Shown here: positions 5,822 to 14,752 of the stretch, piece after piece
Position numbering within the stretch: the stretch's first letter is position 1
Layout: every line of letters starts with the position of its first letter
Origin: an uncultured virus (IMG/VR IMGVR_UViG_3300028805_000002)
Lineage: Duplodnaviria > Heunggongvirae > Uroviricota > Caudoviricetes
Direction: 5' to 3' (one strand)
IMG/VR virus record: IMGVR_UViG_3300028805_000002
Length of the DNA: 20,000 nucleotides
Position numbers and translations under genes: made by a program
The notes under the pieces: model-generated
Told to the model about the DNA's origin: nothing
Database searches by the model: none
What the model saw: the letters and a program-made list of their open reading frames with translations, nothing else

Positions 5822-6439
5822 ATGAGCGAGATGTTAAACCTGCTAACTATGGCGTTTGACGGTGTTGGTGAGTACAACATACCGCAAATTAAGCCAGTTA
5901 CTGAACTCTATGTCAAAGATTGGATAGGGTTTAACTTCGTAGCGTCCACAAGAAAGCAACGAGAAATCACAGGCGTACATTTTTACATAGACGATTATCA
6001 ATTTGAGCGTGTTTGGAACTTTCCTTGGCGCTTTTCCAAGACTTTTAACGAGTTCGGAGCGATAATGACGCCCGATTTCTCAACTTATCTTGATTTTCCT
6101 AAAGCAGTTCGCATATTTAACCACTATCGTAAGCATTGGTGTGGCGCTTATTGGCAAGAAATGGGCGCAACAGTCATTCCTACGATAGAGTGGGGCACTG
6201 AAGAGGACTATTCTTGGTGTTTTGATGGTGAACCAGAAGGAGGAATAGTGGCTGTTTCTAATGTAGGCATTATGCGAAGTAAAGAACTGCGTGAAAATTA
6301 TATGAAAGGCTACAAAGAGATGCTTACAAGACTTCAACCAAAGGAAGTTTTAATGTTTGGGCATATCTTTGATGATTATCCTGGTCCTGTTCATTACATT
6401 CACTATCAGCAAGCAAAGGGTGAACAAGGAGAAGAATAA
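5822..6439 (+). CDS. DUF4417 family protein
   Basis: Signature motifs HFYIDDYQFERVWN, TPDFSTYLDFP, HWCGAYWQ, VIPTIEWG, CFDGEP, VAVS. Confidence 0.9.
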   Translation: MSEMLNLLTMAFDGVGEYNIPQIKPVTELYVKDWIGFNFVASTRKQREITGVHFYIDDYQFERVWNFPWRFSKTFNEFGAIMTPDFSTYLDFPKAVRIFNHYRKHWCGAYWQEMGATVIPTIEWGTEEDYSWCFDGEPEGGIVAVSNVGIMRSKELRENYMKGYKEMLTRLQPKEVLMFGHIFDDYPGPVHYIHYQQAKGEQGEE

Positions 6440-6774
6440 TGGCGAACAAGGCAAGATACTACGGATTGGCAAAAACAGAGCAAAAAGATATGAAAAAGAG
6501 AGCGTCAGAGACCCCGTTTATTAACGTCGAGGAACTTACGCCGTGGACTGTTTACTCTGTTTTAGCACTTTATCCAACAATAGATGCGTCCTCGTCTCAG
6601 ACAGCAACACGCAGAATGAAGGAAGAACTGATAAAAAACGGGTTTAATGGTAAAATAGAAGTGAATGGTAGCAGTATTTCAGACGGCACAAACACTTATG
6701 TTTTAACTAAAACCAGTTCTAATGGCATAATGATAGTAAAGGAAACACACGAAGAAAAGAGACGTAAGAGGTAA
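6439..6774 (+). CDS. Hypothetical basic protein, 111 aa
   Basis: TAATG stop/start overlap with the DUF4417 gene; AAGGAG SD. Confidence 0.75.
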   Translation: MANKARYYGLAKTEQKDMKKRASETPFINVEELTPWTVYSVLALYPTIDASSSQTATRRMKEELIKNGFNGKIEVNGSSISDGTNTYVLTKTSSNGIMIVKETHEEKRRKR

Positions 6775-6777
6775 AAT

Positions 6778-8556
6778 ATGAGCGTATGGTCAACTATAAC
6801 AGAAAAGGTAAAGGGGATTATAACTAAAATGATTGGTAGACAAGACATTGAAGAAGTATTGAGAGTAAAACCCGCAATTTCTAACGAAATGGTGCAGGCC
6901 ATTGAGTTATGGTCGGCTATGTATGAGGGAAGAGCGCCGTGGCTCAAAGAGCCAACAAAAGATGACCCGTCAGCAGTTAAATCGTTAGGATTACCTCAAC
7001 TTATTGCGAGTGAAAAAGCGAGAACGGCGCTTATTGAGTTCGAGAGTGAAATTACAACACCTATTCTCGATAGCGAGCCTGCTACTCCCAACTATCTGAA
7101 CAAGGATAATGTAGGAACAGACGGTCAACCCGAGCCGATGGTATCTACACCTCTTGTTATGAAGGATATTCCTAAGGGTAGTACAAAAAGAGCACAGTTT
7201 CTTAATAAACAGTATGTAAAACTCAAAGAGGCACTTCGTATTCAACTTGAGTACGGTATTGCAAAGGGTGGACTTGTTGTTAAGCCCTACATAATTAAGC
7301 ATAACAATCAGACGCTTCATCAAGAAACAGATATGATGACAGGTGAAAAGAGTCAAGACGAGAGCGACACTGGTTATGAGTTCGAGTTTGACTACATTCA
7401 GGCAAACGAGTTCTATCCTCTCGCATTTGACGGAAGCGGAAAGATGACTGAAGCCGCCTTTATTCAGCGAAAGGTAGATAAGGACATTATTTACAGCCGT
7501 CTTGAATATCACAAGTTGGAAGATAACACTGTTACAGTTATAAACAAGGCGTTTAAGGCAAACTCTCGTTCTATGAAGGCGGACTATCTTGGAGAGGAAA
7601 TTCCGCTTACAGATGTTCCAGAGTGGGCGATGCTCTCAGCAGAAACGAAGATTGCCAATGTAAATCGTTTGCTTTTTGCGTACTTTAAGATGCCTGAAGC
7701 AAACACGATTGATACACACAGTCCTCTTGGTGTAAGTGGCTTTGATAAAGTTAAGAGCCTTATAGCGGAAGCCGATAGACAGTATTCAAGACTTCTTTGG
7801 GAGTTCGAGGGTGGCGAACTTGCTATTGATATTGATAGAAACGCGCTGACTTGGCTTGAAGACCCGAAGAATCCTGAAAGCGGTCACTCTGTTATGGGAA
7901 CATTACAGAACAGGCTTTATCGTAAAGTTGACCTTAATGAAGACAATACGTATGAAGTTTTCTCTCCTACACTTAGAGACCAGTCGATTATAAACGGACT
8001 TAACTGTATCTTAATGAGAATAGAAGACGGCGCTGGAATTTCTCGTGGCACTCTTTCTGACGTTGTAAGCGAGGCTAAGACCGCGACAGAGTTAAGAATG
8101 TTGCGTATTAGAAGTTATGAGACCAACGCACACATACAGAAAGCCACAGAGAAGATGCTTAGAGACGTTATATATGTAATGAATGTCTACTGTGACCTTT
8201 ACAAAATTACAGAAGAGGGCGAGTATGAGGTATCATTTGAGTGGGATGACAGTATTTTGAGCGATAGCGATACGGAACTTACAAAGAGAATGATACTTAT
8301 GCAGAATGGTCTTGCTGGTAAGGTTGAAACTCGTATGTGGTACTTTGGCGAAACAGAGCGTCAGGCAAGAGAGGCACTTATCAAAATTCAGCAAGAAAAT
8401 CTTGAGGCTGTTCAGCAGAATGTTGCCGAAATGGAAATACTCGGACAAACACCAGAAAGTCAAAAGAACGAAAGTCCAAAAGCACCCAACAATAACAACA
8501 ACAATAACAGCAACAATAATTTTAAGAGTGGTGACAATCAATATAGCAACAAATGA
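6778..8556 (+). CDS. Portal protein (A118/SPP1 Gp6-like)
   Basis: 592 aa after terL; motifs YFKMPEANTIDTHSPLGVS, QYSRLLWEFEGGE, KTATE, VSFEWDDS. Confidence 0.92.
   Translation: MSVWSTITEKVKGIITKMIGRQDIEEVLRVKPAISNEMVQAIELWSAMYEGRAPWLKEPTKDDPSAVKSLGLPQLIASEKARTALIEFESEITTPILDSEPATPNYLNKDNVGTDGQPEPMVSTPLVMKDIPKGSTKRAQFLNKQYVKLKEALRIQLEYGIAKGGLVVKPYIIKHNNQTLHQETDMMTGEKSQDESDTGYEFEFDYIQANEFYPLAFDGSGKMTEAAFIQRKVDKDIIYSRLEYHKLEDNTVTVINKAFKANSRSMKADYLGEEIPLTDVPEWAMLSAETKIANVNRLLFAYFKMPEANTIDTHSPLGVSGFDKVKSLIAEADRQYSRLLWEFEGGELAIDIDRNALTWLEDPKNPESGHSVMGTLQNRLYRKVDLNEDNTYEVFSPTLRDQSIINGLNCILMRIEDGAGISRGTLSDVVSEAKTATELRMLRIRSYETNAHIQKATEKMLRDVIYVMNVYCDLYKITEEGEYEVSFEWDDSILSDSDTELTKRMILMQNGLAGKVETRMWYFGETERQAREALIKIQQENLEAVQQNVAEMEILGQTPESQKNESPKAPNNNNNNNSNNNFKSGDNQYSNK
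8488..8520 (+). repeat. (AAC/AAT)n trinucleotide run encoding the portal's poly-Asn tail
   Basis: AACAATAACAACAACAATAACAGCAACAATAAT = NNNNNNNSNNN. Confidence 0.8.
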
Positions 8557-9740
8557 TTACCGATGAACAGATAGAGGACATCATATTTAAGTACACAAGT
8601 CGGCAAGACGAGTTCAATATGTCTGTAATAAATGTTATTGCAGACAGACTGGCTCATATTGCCGATTTTGATGCACTTAACACGATGGACAGTGTTACGG
8701 TACGCATTAAAGATATTAAGAAACTAAAGGAACTTCACGCTGAATATAGAAAAAGTCAGAGCAAGCACCTGAAAGATACGTTGTGGTGGATTGCTGTCGT
8801 TGTGTATTTAGAAAGTCTGAAGTTTTACGAGGTTAAGACAGAACTTGAAATGAACAAGGCATTGATGCGTGCAATAGAGGATATAACCATAGACGCGCAA
8901 AAAAGCCTTGATAAGGTCTTATCGCACCCTGCCATTGTAATGCGCGATTTAAAGTCTCCTGTCGTTCTTAAAGCCTACAATTTAGAGCAAGCATATAATT
9001 CAATACTTCAAGAGGCCGTATCGTACAGTAATGTATCGAAAGAGTTACGGGACATAGCGTTAAAACGCACAGAAACGCAGTTATTTGACAGCGGCGTGCG
9101 ATATATGACAAATGTATCATCTGACAGCGTAAAAGACACTGTAAGCGCAAATAACACGATTAGAATGAGTGTGTTAGATAGCATTAAAAATCTGATAAAT
9201 AAAATGCAAGAAATTATGGGCAAGCAGTTTGGTGCTGATGCGGTAGAACTGTCTGCTCATATCTATCCTGCACCAGACCACGCACCTGCTCAAGGACATC
9301 AATTTTCTCTTAAAGAGGTCGAAAAGATGCAGAGTGGTATGGATTTTGAAGACTTGCAAGGTCATAGTTACATCGGGTTTGAGCGTAATATTGGGGAGTG
9401 GAATTGCAGACACTATTTTATGCGTATAAAGAAGGGCACATCTCCAACTTATACGCAAGAGCAATTAAACAAGATATTAGAGGATAATGAGCGCGGTTAT
9501 ACTGATGAACAAGGAAAACACCGCACGTTATACGAGTGTACACAAGTTCAGCGCAGATATGAACGAGAAATCAGAAAAGCAAAAGAAAAATACCTGTATG
9601 GCAAAACACTAAACGACCAAATAATGATGTCGAGAGCCAGAAACAGGGTGGGTGTATTAACAACGCAGTATAAACAATTCAGCAAAAAGTGTGATATTCC
9701 CGCAAAACTTGAAAGAATTAGGGTGAAATATTATAAGTAA
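8553..9740 (+). CDS. Minor capsid protein (Phage_min_cap2 / head morphogenesis family)
   Basis: Follows the portal with an ATGA overlap; motifs ELSAH..PAPDHAPAQG, WNCRH, YECTQVQRRYEREIRKAK. Confidence 0.88.
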   Translation: MITDEQIEDIIFKYTSRQDEFNMSVINVIADRLAHIADFDALNTMDSVTVRIKDIKKLKELHAEYRKSQSKHLKDTLWWIAVVVYLESLKFYEVKTELEMNKALMRAIEDITIDAQKSLDKVLSHPAIVMRDLKSPVVLKAYNLEQAYNSILQEAVSYSNVSKELRDIALKRTETQLFDSGVRYMTNVSSDSVKDTVSANNTIRMSVLDSIKNLINKMQEIMGKQFGADAVELSAHIYPAPDHAPAQGHQFSLKEVEKMQSGMDFEDLQGHSYIGFERNIGEWNCRHYFMRIKKGTSPTYTQEQLNKILEDNERGYTDEQGKHRTLYECTQVQRRYEREIRKAKEKYLYGKTLNDQIMMSRARNRVGVLTTQYKQFSKKCDIPAKLERIRVKYYK

Positions 9741-9742
9741 TG

Positions 9743-9771
9743 TTGACATTTGCGCCTATATATTATAATAT
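9743..9771 (+). promoter_or_regulatory. Sigma-A promoter for scaffold/capsid genes
   Basis: Consensus TTGACA (9743-9748), with TATAAT at 9764-9769 (15-nt spacer) or TAATAT at 9766-9771 (17-nt spacer). Confidence 0.6.
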
Positions 9772-9780
9772 GGAAGTATG

Positions 9781-9803
9781 AAATTGAGAATTGTTCTCAA
9801 TTT
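9781..9803. promoter_or_regulatory. Palindromic operator (Fur-box-like) just downstream of the promoter
   Basis: AAATTGAGAA-TTG-TTCTCAATTT; the core TGAGAATTGTTCTCA resembles the sites at 2410 and 2818. Could instead be a weak terminator hairpin. Confidence 0.45.
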
Positions 9804-9950
9804 TTATGGCTCCTAACGATAATACAGGCAATACGCCTTTATTATATTGTCTCGTTCCAGACATTTAAACAGGAACACAATCAACGCAGACCGCGACTGC
9901 GACATTATAAATAAAGCGGATATAAAAGATTGTTTTAGGAGGAATTTTTC

Positions 9951-10634
9951 GTGAACATCAAAGAGATTTTTGACAAGGCAGAGAACGGCACTTTAACTTT
10001 TGAACAGTTTGAGGCAATCGCTAAAGACGGTGGTGCGAAGTTTACCGACCTTTCTGAAGGCAAGTACGTCAGTAAGTCAAAGTATGACGATGATATTGGT
10101 GCTAAAGACACTTCCATCACACAACTTAATGACACTATCGCACAGAGAGATAAGGACCTTGGTGACTTGCAGACAAAGTTAAAGGAAGCAGGAACTGACA
10201 CATCGAAGTTAGCCGATTTACAGGCAAATTTTGACTCTTTGCAGAGTAAGTACACCGCAGATATGCAGGCTTATCAACAGCAACTTGCTGACCAAAAGTA
10301 TGAGTTTGCAGTTAAGGAGTTCGCTAACGGCAAGGAATTTACGAGTCAGGCGGCTAAGAGAGATTTTGTTAGGTCTTTGTTAAGCGAAAAGTTGAAGATG
10401 AAGGACGACACTATCATAGGTGCAGAAGACTTCGTTACTGCTTATACAAAGGACAACGAAGATGCTTTTGTAACTAAGAAAGAGTCCAACGAACCTGGAA
10501 CTCCTAATAACGGAAGTAACCAGGGTAAGCCACAATTCGTGAGTACGACACCAGGTACTACTCCGAAAAAGACACCTACATTGACAGAGTTAATGAAGGC
10601 GGCAAATGAAAACCCTGGTACTCAAATATTGTAA
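9951..10634 (+). CDS. Capsid scaffolding protein (Phage_GP20-like)
   Basis: GTG start with AGGAGGA SD; GKYVSKSKY motif, coiled coil, Pro/Gly-rich C-terminus; directly precedes the major capsid gene. Confidence 0.88.
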   Translation: MNIKEIFDKAENGTLTFEQFEAIAKDGGAKFTDLSEGKYVSKSKYDDDIGAKDTSITQLNDTIAQRDKDLGDLQTKLKEAGTDTSKLADLQANFDSLQSKYTADMQAYQQQLADQKYEFAVKEFANGKEFTSQAAKRDFVRSLLSEKLKMKDDTIIGAEDFVTAYTKDNEDAFVTKKESNEPGTPNNGSNQGKPQFVSTTPGTTPKKTPTLTELMKAANENPGTQIL

Positions 10635-10666
10635 AAACAAGACATTGAATTAAGGAGGAAACAAAA

Positions 10667-11881
10667 ATGTCGGAAGTTTTTAACGCTAAGATTTTTAATG
10701 GCGAAGTATTCCAGAAGTACGTTGACCGTATTCCTAATACCAAGTTAAACGAACTCATTAAGTCCAGAGCAATCGTTCAGAGACCTGACCTTGCATCTGC
10801 AATGGCTGACCAGGCTGGTGGAAACTACATCACAACACCTCTCAAGGGTCTTATCAGTGGTTCTGTTCCGCTCAACTATGATGGTGAAACAAACATTACT
10901 GCCAACTCTACAAAGACATTCTCTCATTCAAGAGTTGTTATAGGTCGTGCTAATGCTTGGACAGAGAGAGACTTCTCCTATGACATCACAGGCGGTGTTG
11001 ACTTTATGGAGAACATCGCACAGCAGATTTCAGAGTATTGGGACGAAGTTGACCAAGATACACTCGTTCATATTCTTAATGGTGTATTCAATATGTCTGA
11101 CGCTAAGGGTCAAGAGTTCGTACAGACACATACCTATGACGTAACAGCCGCTACAAACAGCGAGGGTGTTGTTGGTTATATGGACGGTACAACGCTCAAT
11201 ACTGCTATTCAGAGAGCGTGCGGTGACCATAAGGGTAAGTTCTCTATGGCAATTATGCACTCTTTCGTTGCTACAAACCTCGAGAACCTCAAGTTGCTCG
11301 TTTATCTCAAGTATAACGATGCTAACGGTCTTCAGAGAGACCTTTCCATCGGTACGCTCAATGGTAGACTCGTAATGGTTGATGATAGTATGCCTACTGC
11401 TGAGGACGAGTCCACAGCAACATACACGAAGACATCTGACCAGGCTGTTGTTGCAGGCAAGACATATTACACACGTTCTGGTTCTTCTCCGAACTATGTA
11501 TACACACCTGTTGCAGAGCCTGCCGATGCTAACATCGGTTCTTACTATGAGAAGACCGCCGCTGGTAAGATTGCATACACAACTTATGTATTTGGCGACG
11601 GCGCTATCGAGTATACAAACTGCGGTGCTAAGGTGCCTTATGAAATGAGCCGTGACCCTATGACAAATGGTGGTCAGGACACTCTCTATGCACGTCAGAG
11701 AAAGTGCTTCGCTCCTTACGGCATCTCTTTCACAAAGGACACAATGGCAAGTCTTTCTCCTACGGATGCTGAACTTGAACTCGGTGCTAACTGGGAACTC
11801 GTAAACAGCAAGGAGGCTAACGGCAAGCAGTATATCAGCCTCAAGGCTATCCCGATTGCAAGAATTATCTCTCTCGGCTGA
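10667..11881 (+). CDS. Major capsid protein with an inserted Tyr/Thr-rich module
   Basis: FNAKIFNGEVF start; motifs GRANAWTERDFS, MHSFVATNLENL, TLNGRLVMVDD, RDPMTNGGQDTL; strong AAGGAGG SD. Confidence 0.93.
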   Translation: MSEVFNAKIFNGEVFQKYVDRIPNTKLNELIKSRAIVQRPDLASAMADQAGGNYITTPLKGLISGSVPLNYDGETNITANSTKTFSHSRVVIGRANAWTERDFSYDITGGVDFMENIAQQISEYWDEVDQDTLVHILNGVFNMSDAKGQEFVQTHTYDVTAATNSEGVVGYMDGTTLNTAIQRACGDHKGKFSMAIMHSFVATNLENLKLLVYLKYNDANGLQRDLSIGTLNGRLVMVDDSMPTAEDESTATYTKTSDQAVVAGKTYYTRSGSSPNYVYTPVAEPADANIGSYYEKTAAGKIAYTTYVFGDGAIEYTNCGAKVPYEMSRDPMTNGGQDTLYARQRKCFAPYGISFTKDTMASLSPTDAELELGANWELVNSKEANGKQYISLKAIPIARIISLG

Positions 11882-11925
11882 TGGGATTTTAAGTTAAACA
11901 CTAGAGATATTAAGGAGGGTTTCAG

Positions 11926-12360
11926 ATGGTTTACTACTTAACGTATGACGAGTATTCAGATATGGGTGGTACACTTGACGAAACCCTCTTTGATACTCTT
12001 AGACTTGACGCACAAGGTTATATTGACTGGTATACGTTCAATCGTCTTTGGAAAGAAGAGTGGCGCACAGAAGAGATTATGGAACGTGTTAAGATTTGTA
12101 TGTATCAACTCATTGGATTGGTTGCTACAAAGGCAAATCTTATCACACCCCAAACAAATTCTGCTGGTATCAACATCAATGCACAAGTATCACAGCAATC
12201 TAACGATGGTGTCTCAACTACATACGGCGTATTAAGCGGAGAACTTCTGTTTACACACGCAAAGAAAGAGATAGAGGACAGCATCAATCGTTATCTTGCA
12301 GGCGTTATGAACAGTGCTGGACGCAAGTTACTGTATAGAGGTTTATATCCTAATGAGTAA
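11926..12360 (+). CDS. Head-tail connector (adaptor, SPP1 gp15-like)
   Basis: Motifs YLTYDEY..MGG, IDWYTFNRL, SQQSNDGVSTTY, LLYRG; follows the capsid gene. Confidence 0.8.
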   Translation: MVYYLTYDEYSDMGGTLDETLFDTLRLDAQGYIDWYTFNRLWKEEWRTEEIMERVKICMYQLIGLVATKANLITPQTNSAGININAQVSQQSNDGVSTTYGVLSGELLFTHAKKEIEDSINRYLAGVMNSAGRKLLYRGLYPNE

Positions 12361-12817
12361 TTTTCCGTTTGCTTGGTGGGACAAGACGTTGACAATCTAT
12401 AATCGAATTGTTGACCCAAATACTCAACGAGTTAGTTGGCAAAGAACAGTTGTTAGAAACTGTTTTTGGAAATATGTCAACAATATCTATAATATGGGTA
12501 GATACGGAATGTCCTCTCTGGGTATTCGTGTAGAGACAAAAGACATCATTTGCAGAATACCTAAAGATAAGCGTTTCGTTGACAAAAGAGCGTGGAAGTC
12601 TCTTGATGATAAGACAGGCCACTTTACTCTTGGTAATGGTGATATAATTATCTTAGGTGAAGTGCAGGATGTTATTGACGAGTATACAGCAGGACAGCGT
12701 TCTACTGATTTACTCGCAAAGTACAAAGAAGAGGACGCGTGTCTTGAAGTTGATACTTATGTCGATAACGTACAGACAGGTGTAGGCTTAGAGCATTACA
12801 GAGTAATAGGTAAGTGA
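12353..12817 (+). CDS. Head-closure / head completion protein
   Basis: Start placed at ATG 12353, overlapping the previous gene. Motifs TLTIYN...WQRTVVRNCFW, FTL..GDIIILGEV, LEHYRVIGK; synteny. Confidence 0.7.
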   Translation: MSNFPFAWWDKTLTIYNRIVDPNTQRVSWQRTVVRNCFWKYVNNIYNMGRYGMSSLGIRVETKDIICRIPKDKRFVDKRAWKSLDDKTGHFTLGNGDIIILGEVQDVIDEYTAGQRSTDLLAKYKEEDACLEVDTYVDNVQTGVGLEHYRVIGK

Positions 12818-12818
12818 T

Positions 12819-13523
12819 ATGGCTAACGGAATAATGTATCACGTACAGGTAACTAACGGTGTAAAGAAGTGGGGTGTTGATTGGACAGACTCGCTTCAGT
12901 TTTTAACCTGTAAAACACATATGACTGATTTAGCCAAAGGCTATCGTTACTATATCAACAAATATGTGCCTAAAAAGAGCGGACGTCTTCGTAGGTCGGC
13001 AAGACCAAAAGGCACTACTGACGGGGCCGCATCTGGTTCAGCAAGAGTGTATTGGGGTCAGACATCAAAGACAGAGAAGTACGCACACTATCAGTTTGTT
13101 GGTGATGTGTACTCGCCTAGCAAGCCTGTGTTTTTAAAGAATGGCAAACAGATTGGCTGGGTTTCACCGAAAGGTAAAAAGAAAGTTCTTTCAAGTCCCG
13201 TAAGAAAACTCGGAGAAGGTACACCGTACACGTACACTGTACGCAATGGACTTGTAAAAACACCGATGGGTTACAAGTTAGTCAAAGGAGACTTTGAAGT
13301 AACAGTTAAGGGCTATACCACAAAAGGCACTGGCTACAACTGGATTCAGAGATTTCACGATGATAATGGAGACTTCGGAGAAAAGGCGATTAACATACGT
13401 GCTGGTAGATATATGTATGAGAAGTTCTGTAATGAACTTCACAAACACGATAAATCGGTACGTGCAAGAGGCGGCTACTCAATTTTAAGAAGTTGGAATC
13501 AGATTAAGAATAGAGTTGATTGA
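12819..13523 (+). CDS. Neck / minor capsid protein (Minor_capsid_2 / HK97 gp10-like position)
   Basis: Motifs YVPKKSGRLRRS and YAHYQF; basic protein; synteny. Confidence 0.7.
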   Translation: MANGIMYHVQVTNGVKKWGVDWTDSLQFLTCKTHMTDLAKGYRYYINKYVPKKSGRLRRSARPKGTTDGAASGSARVYWGQTSKTEKYAHYQFVGDVYSPSKPVFLKNGKQIGWVSPKGKKKVLSSPVRKLGEGTPYTYTVRNGLVKTPMGYKLVKGDFEVTVKGYTTKGTGYNWIQRFHDDNGDFGEKAINIRAGRYMYEKFCNELHKHDKSVRARGGYSILRSWNQIKNRVD

Positions 13524-13524
13524 T

Positions 13525-13998
13525 ATGGATAAAAACAAGGCTACATTAGATTTTCTTGCTACTTATTCAGGTATGGCGACAAGCCCTATCTTTGTCAACT
13601 TTATGAACGCAAAAGATGATGATGTTCAGTTTTTAACCGCGTCAAATGACGTTGCAACACAGCGTCCTTTTATAGATGGAAGTGTAATGAAGCAATACAC
13701 ATTCTCTCTAATTATAACCAAGACCGTAACTGATATGCCTATTGCCAAAGACATTATGACTAATGAAAACATTGACGATATAGCAGACCTTCAGAAATTT
13801 ATGGATTGGGTTAATGAACAAGGAGAAAACAACATTTTTCCTGATTTTGGAGAGTTGTGTGAGATTGAGAAAATGTACACAACATCAGAGAGTCCCGATT
13901 TAACGGGCATTAACACAGAAGTCAGTCCTGCTCTCGCTCTGTATAGTATGGAGATTAGGATTGATTATATAGACTATTCAAAAGTTATTTGGTCATAA
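13525..13998 (+). CDS. Tail terminator / tail completion protein (putative)
   Basis: Precedes the major tail gene; motifs FIDGSVMKQYTF, FMDWVNEQ..NNIFPDFG, YSMEIRIDY. Alternative TTG start at 13516. Confidence 0.65.
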   Translation: MDKNKATLDFLATYSGMATSPIFVNFMNAKDDDVQFLTASNDVATQRPFIDGSVMKQYTFSLIITKTVTDMPIAKDIMTNENIDDIADLQKFMDWVNEQGENNIFPDFGELCEIEKMYTTSESPDLTGINTEVSPALALYSMEIRIDYIDYSKVIWS

Positions 13999-14016
13999 GA
14001 AAGGAGAAAGAAGTTT

Positions 14017-14682
14017 ATGGCTATTAACAAGTTTAACCTTAATCTCCATCAGAGAGCAGAAAGAAAGTTGCTCATTACCGTTGCTGAGTGGAGGGACAAC
14101 GATAGCGGTAAGTTGTACGTTCTTCAGGACAAGGAGCCTGGAGATTGGGACACAAAGTACACTGAGTATTACACGAAGAGCAACGACACATACTCTCCTG
14201 TAACTGGTGATACTGCACCTGCTTGGGCAGCATCCACATACTACACAAGAGTTAATCGTGAAATTCTTGGTCGTAGAACAGAGGACTCTTCTATTGAGTA
14301 CAACGCTGATATTGAGACAACCACAGATATTCTCGGTATCAACTACACAGACCTCAACAGAACACAGCCTCAGCAGGACTTCGACCCGTATCTCATTCTC
14401 GGTGGCTCTTTGCTTGGTGAGAAGTTGAACGACATTCGTAAGAGAAACGCACTCACAGAGTTGTCCGACTTTACTCTTTACGTTATTACAGCGTTTGTTG
14501 GTGATGCAGAGAACGGCTATGAGGCAGAGCGTCATTCAGGTTGTACAATCACATACAACTCTATCGGTGGCGATGCAAACGTAAATATGCCTATATCCGC
14601 ATATTTCTCTAACAATCTCACAAACGGCGTTGTTGATAAGTTGTCAGACGATTTCACATTTACGCCCGATGTTAATGTATAA
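14017..14682 (+). CDS. Major tail (tube) protein with an inserted Tyr/Thr-rich module
   Basis: Motifs ILGRRTEDSSIEYN.DIETTTDILG and SIGGDANVNMPI; strong GAAAGGAG SD; synteny. Confidence 0.85.
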   Translation: MAINKFNLNLHQRAERKLLITVAEWRDNDSGKLYVLQDKEPGDWDTKYTEYYTKSNDTYSPVTGDTAPAWAASTYYTRVNREILGRRTEDSSIEYNADIETTTDILGINYTDLNRTQPQQDFDPYLILGGSLLGEKLNDIRKRNALTELSDFTLYVITAFVGDAENGYEAERHSGCTITYNSIGGDANVNMPISAYFSNNLTNGVVDKLSDDFTFTPDVNV

Positions 14683-14736
14683 TTGAGTTATGAACTCCTG
14701 TGCGCTGGATGTTCCTCGCACAGGAGCATACTCAAT
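14682..14736 (+). promoter_or_regulatory. Long hairpin between the major tail and chaperone genes
   Basis: CTCCTGTGCG(14695-14704)/CGCACAGGAG(14717-14726), extended by TATG/CATA and ATTGAG/CTCAAT; no U-tract. Confidence 0.7.
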
Positions 14737-14752
14737 ATTACAGGAGGTATTT

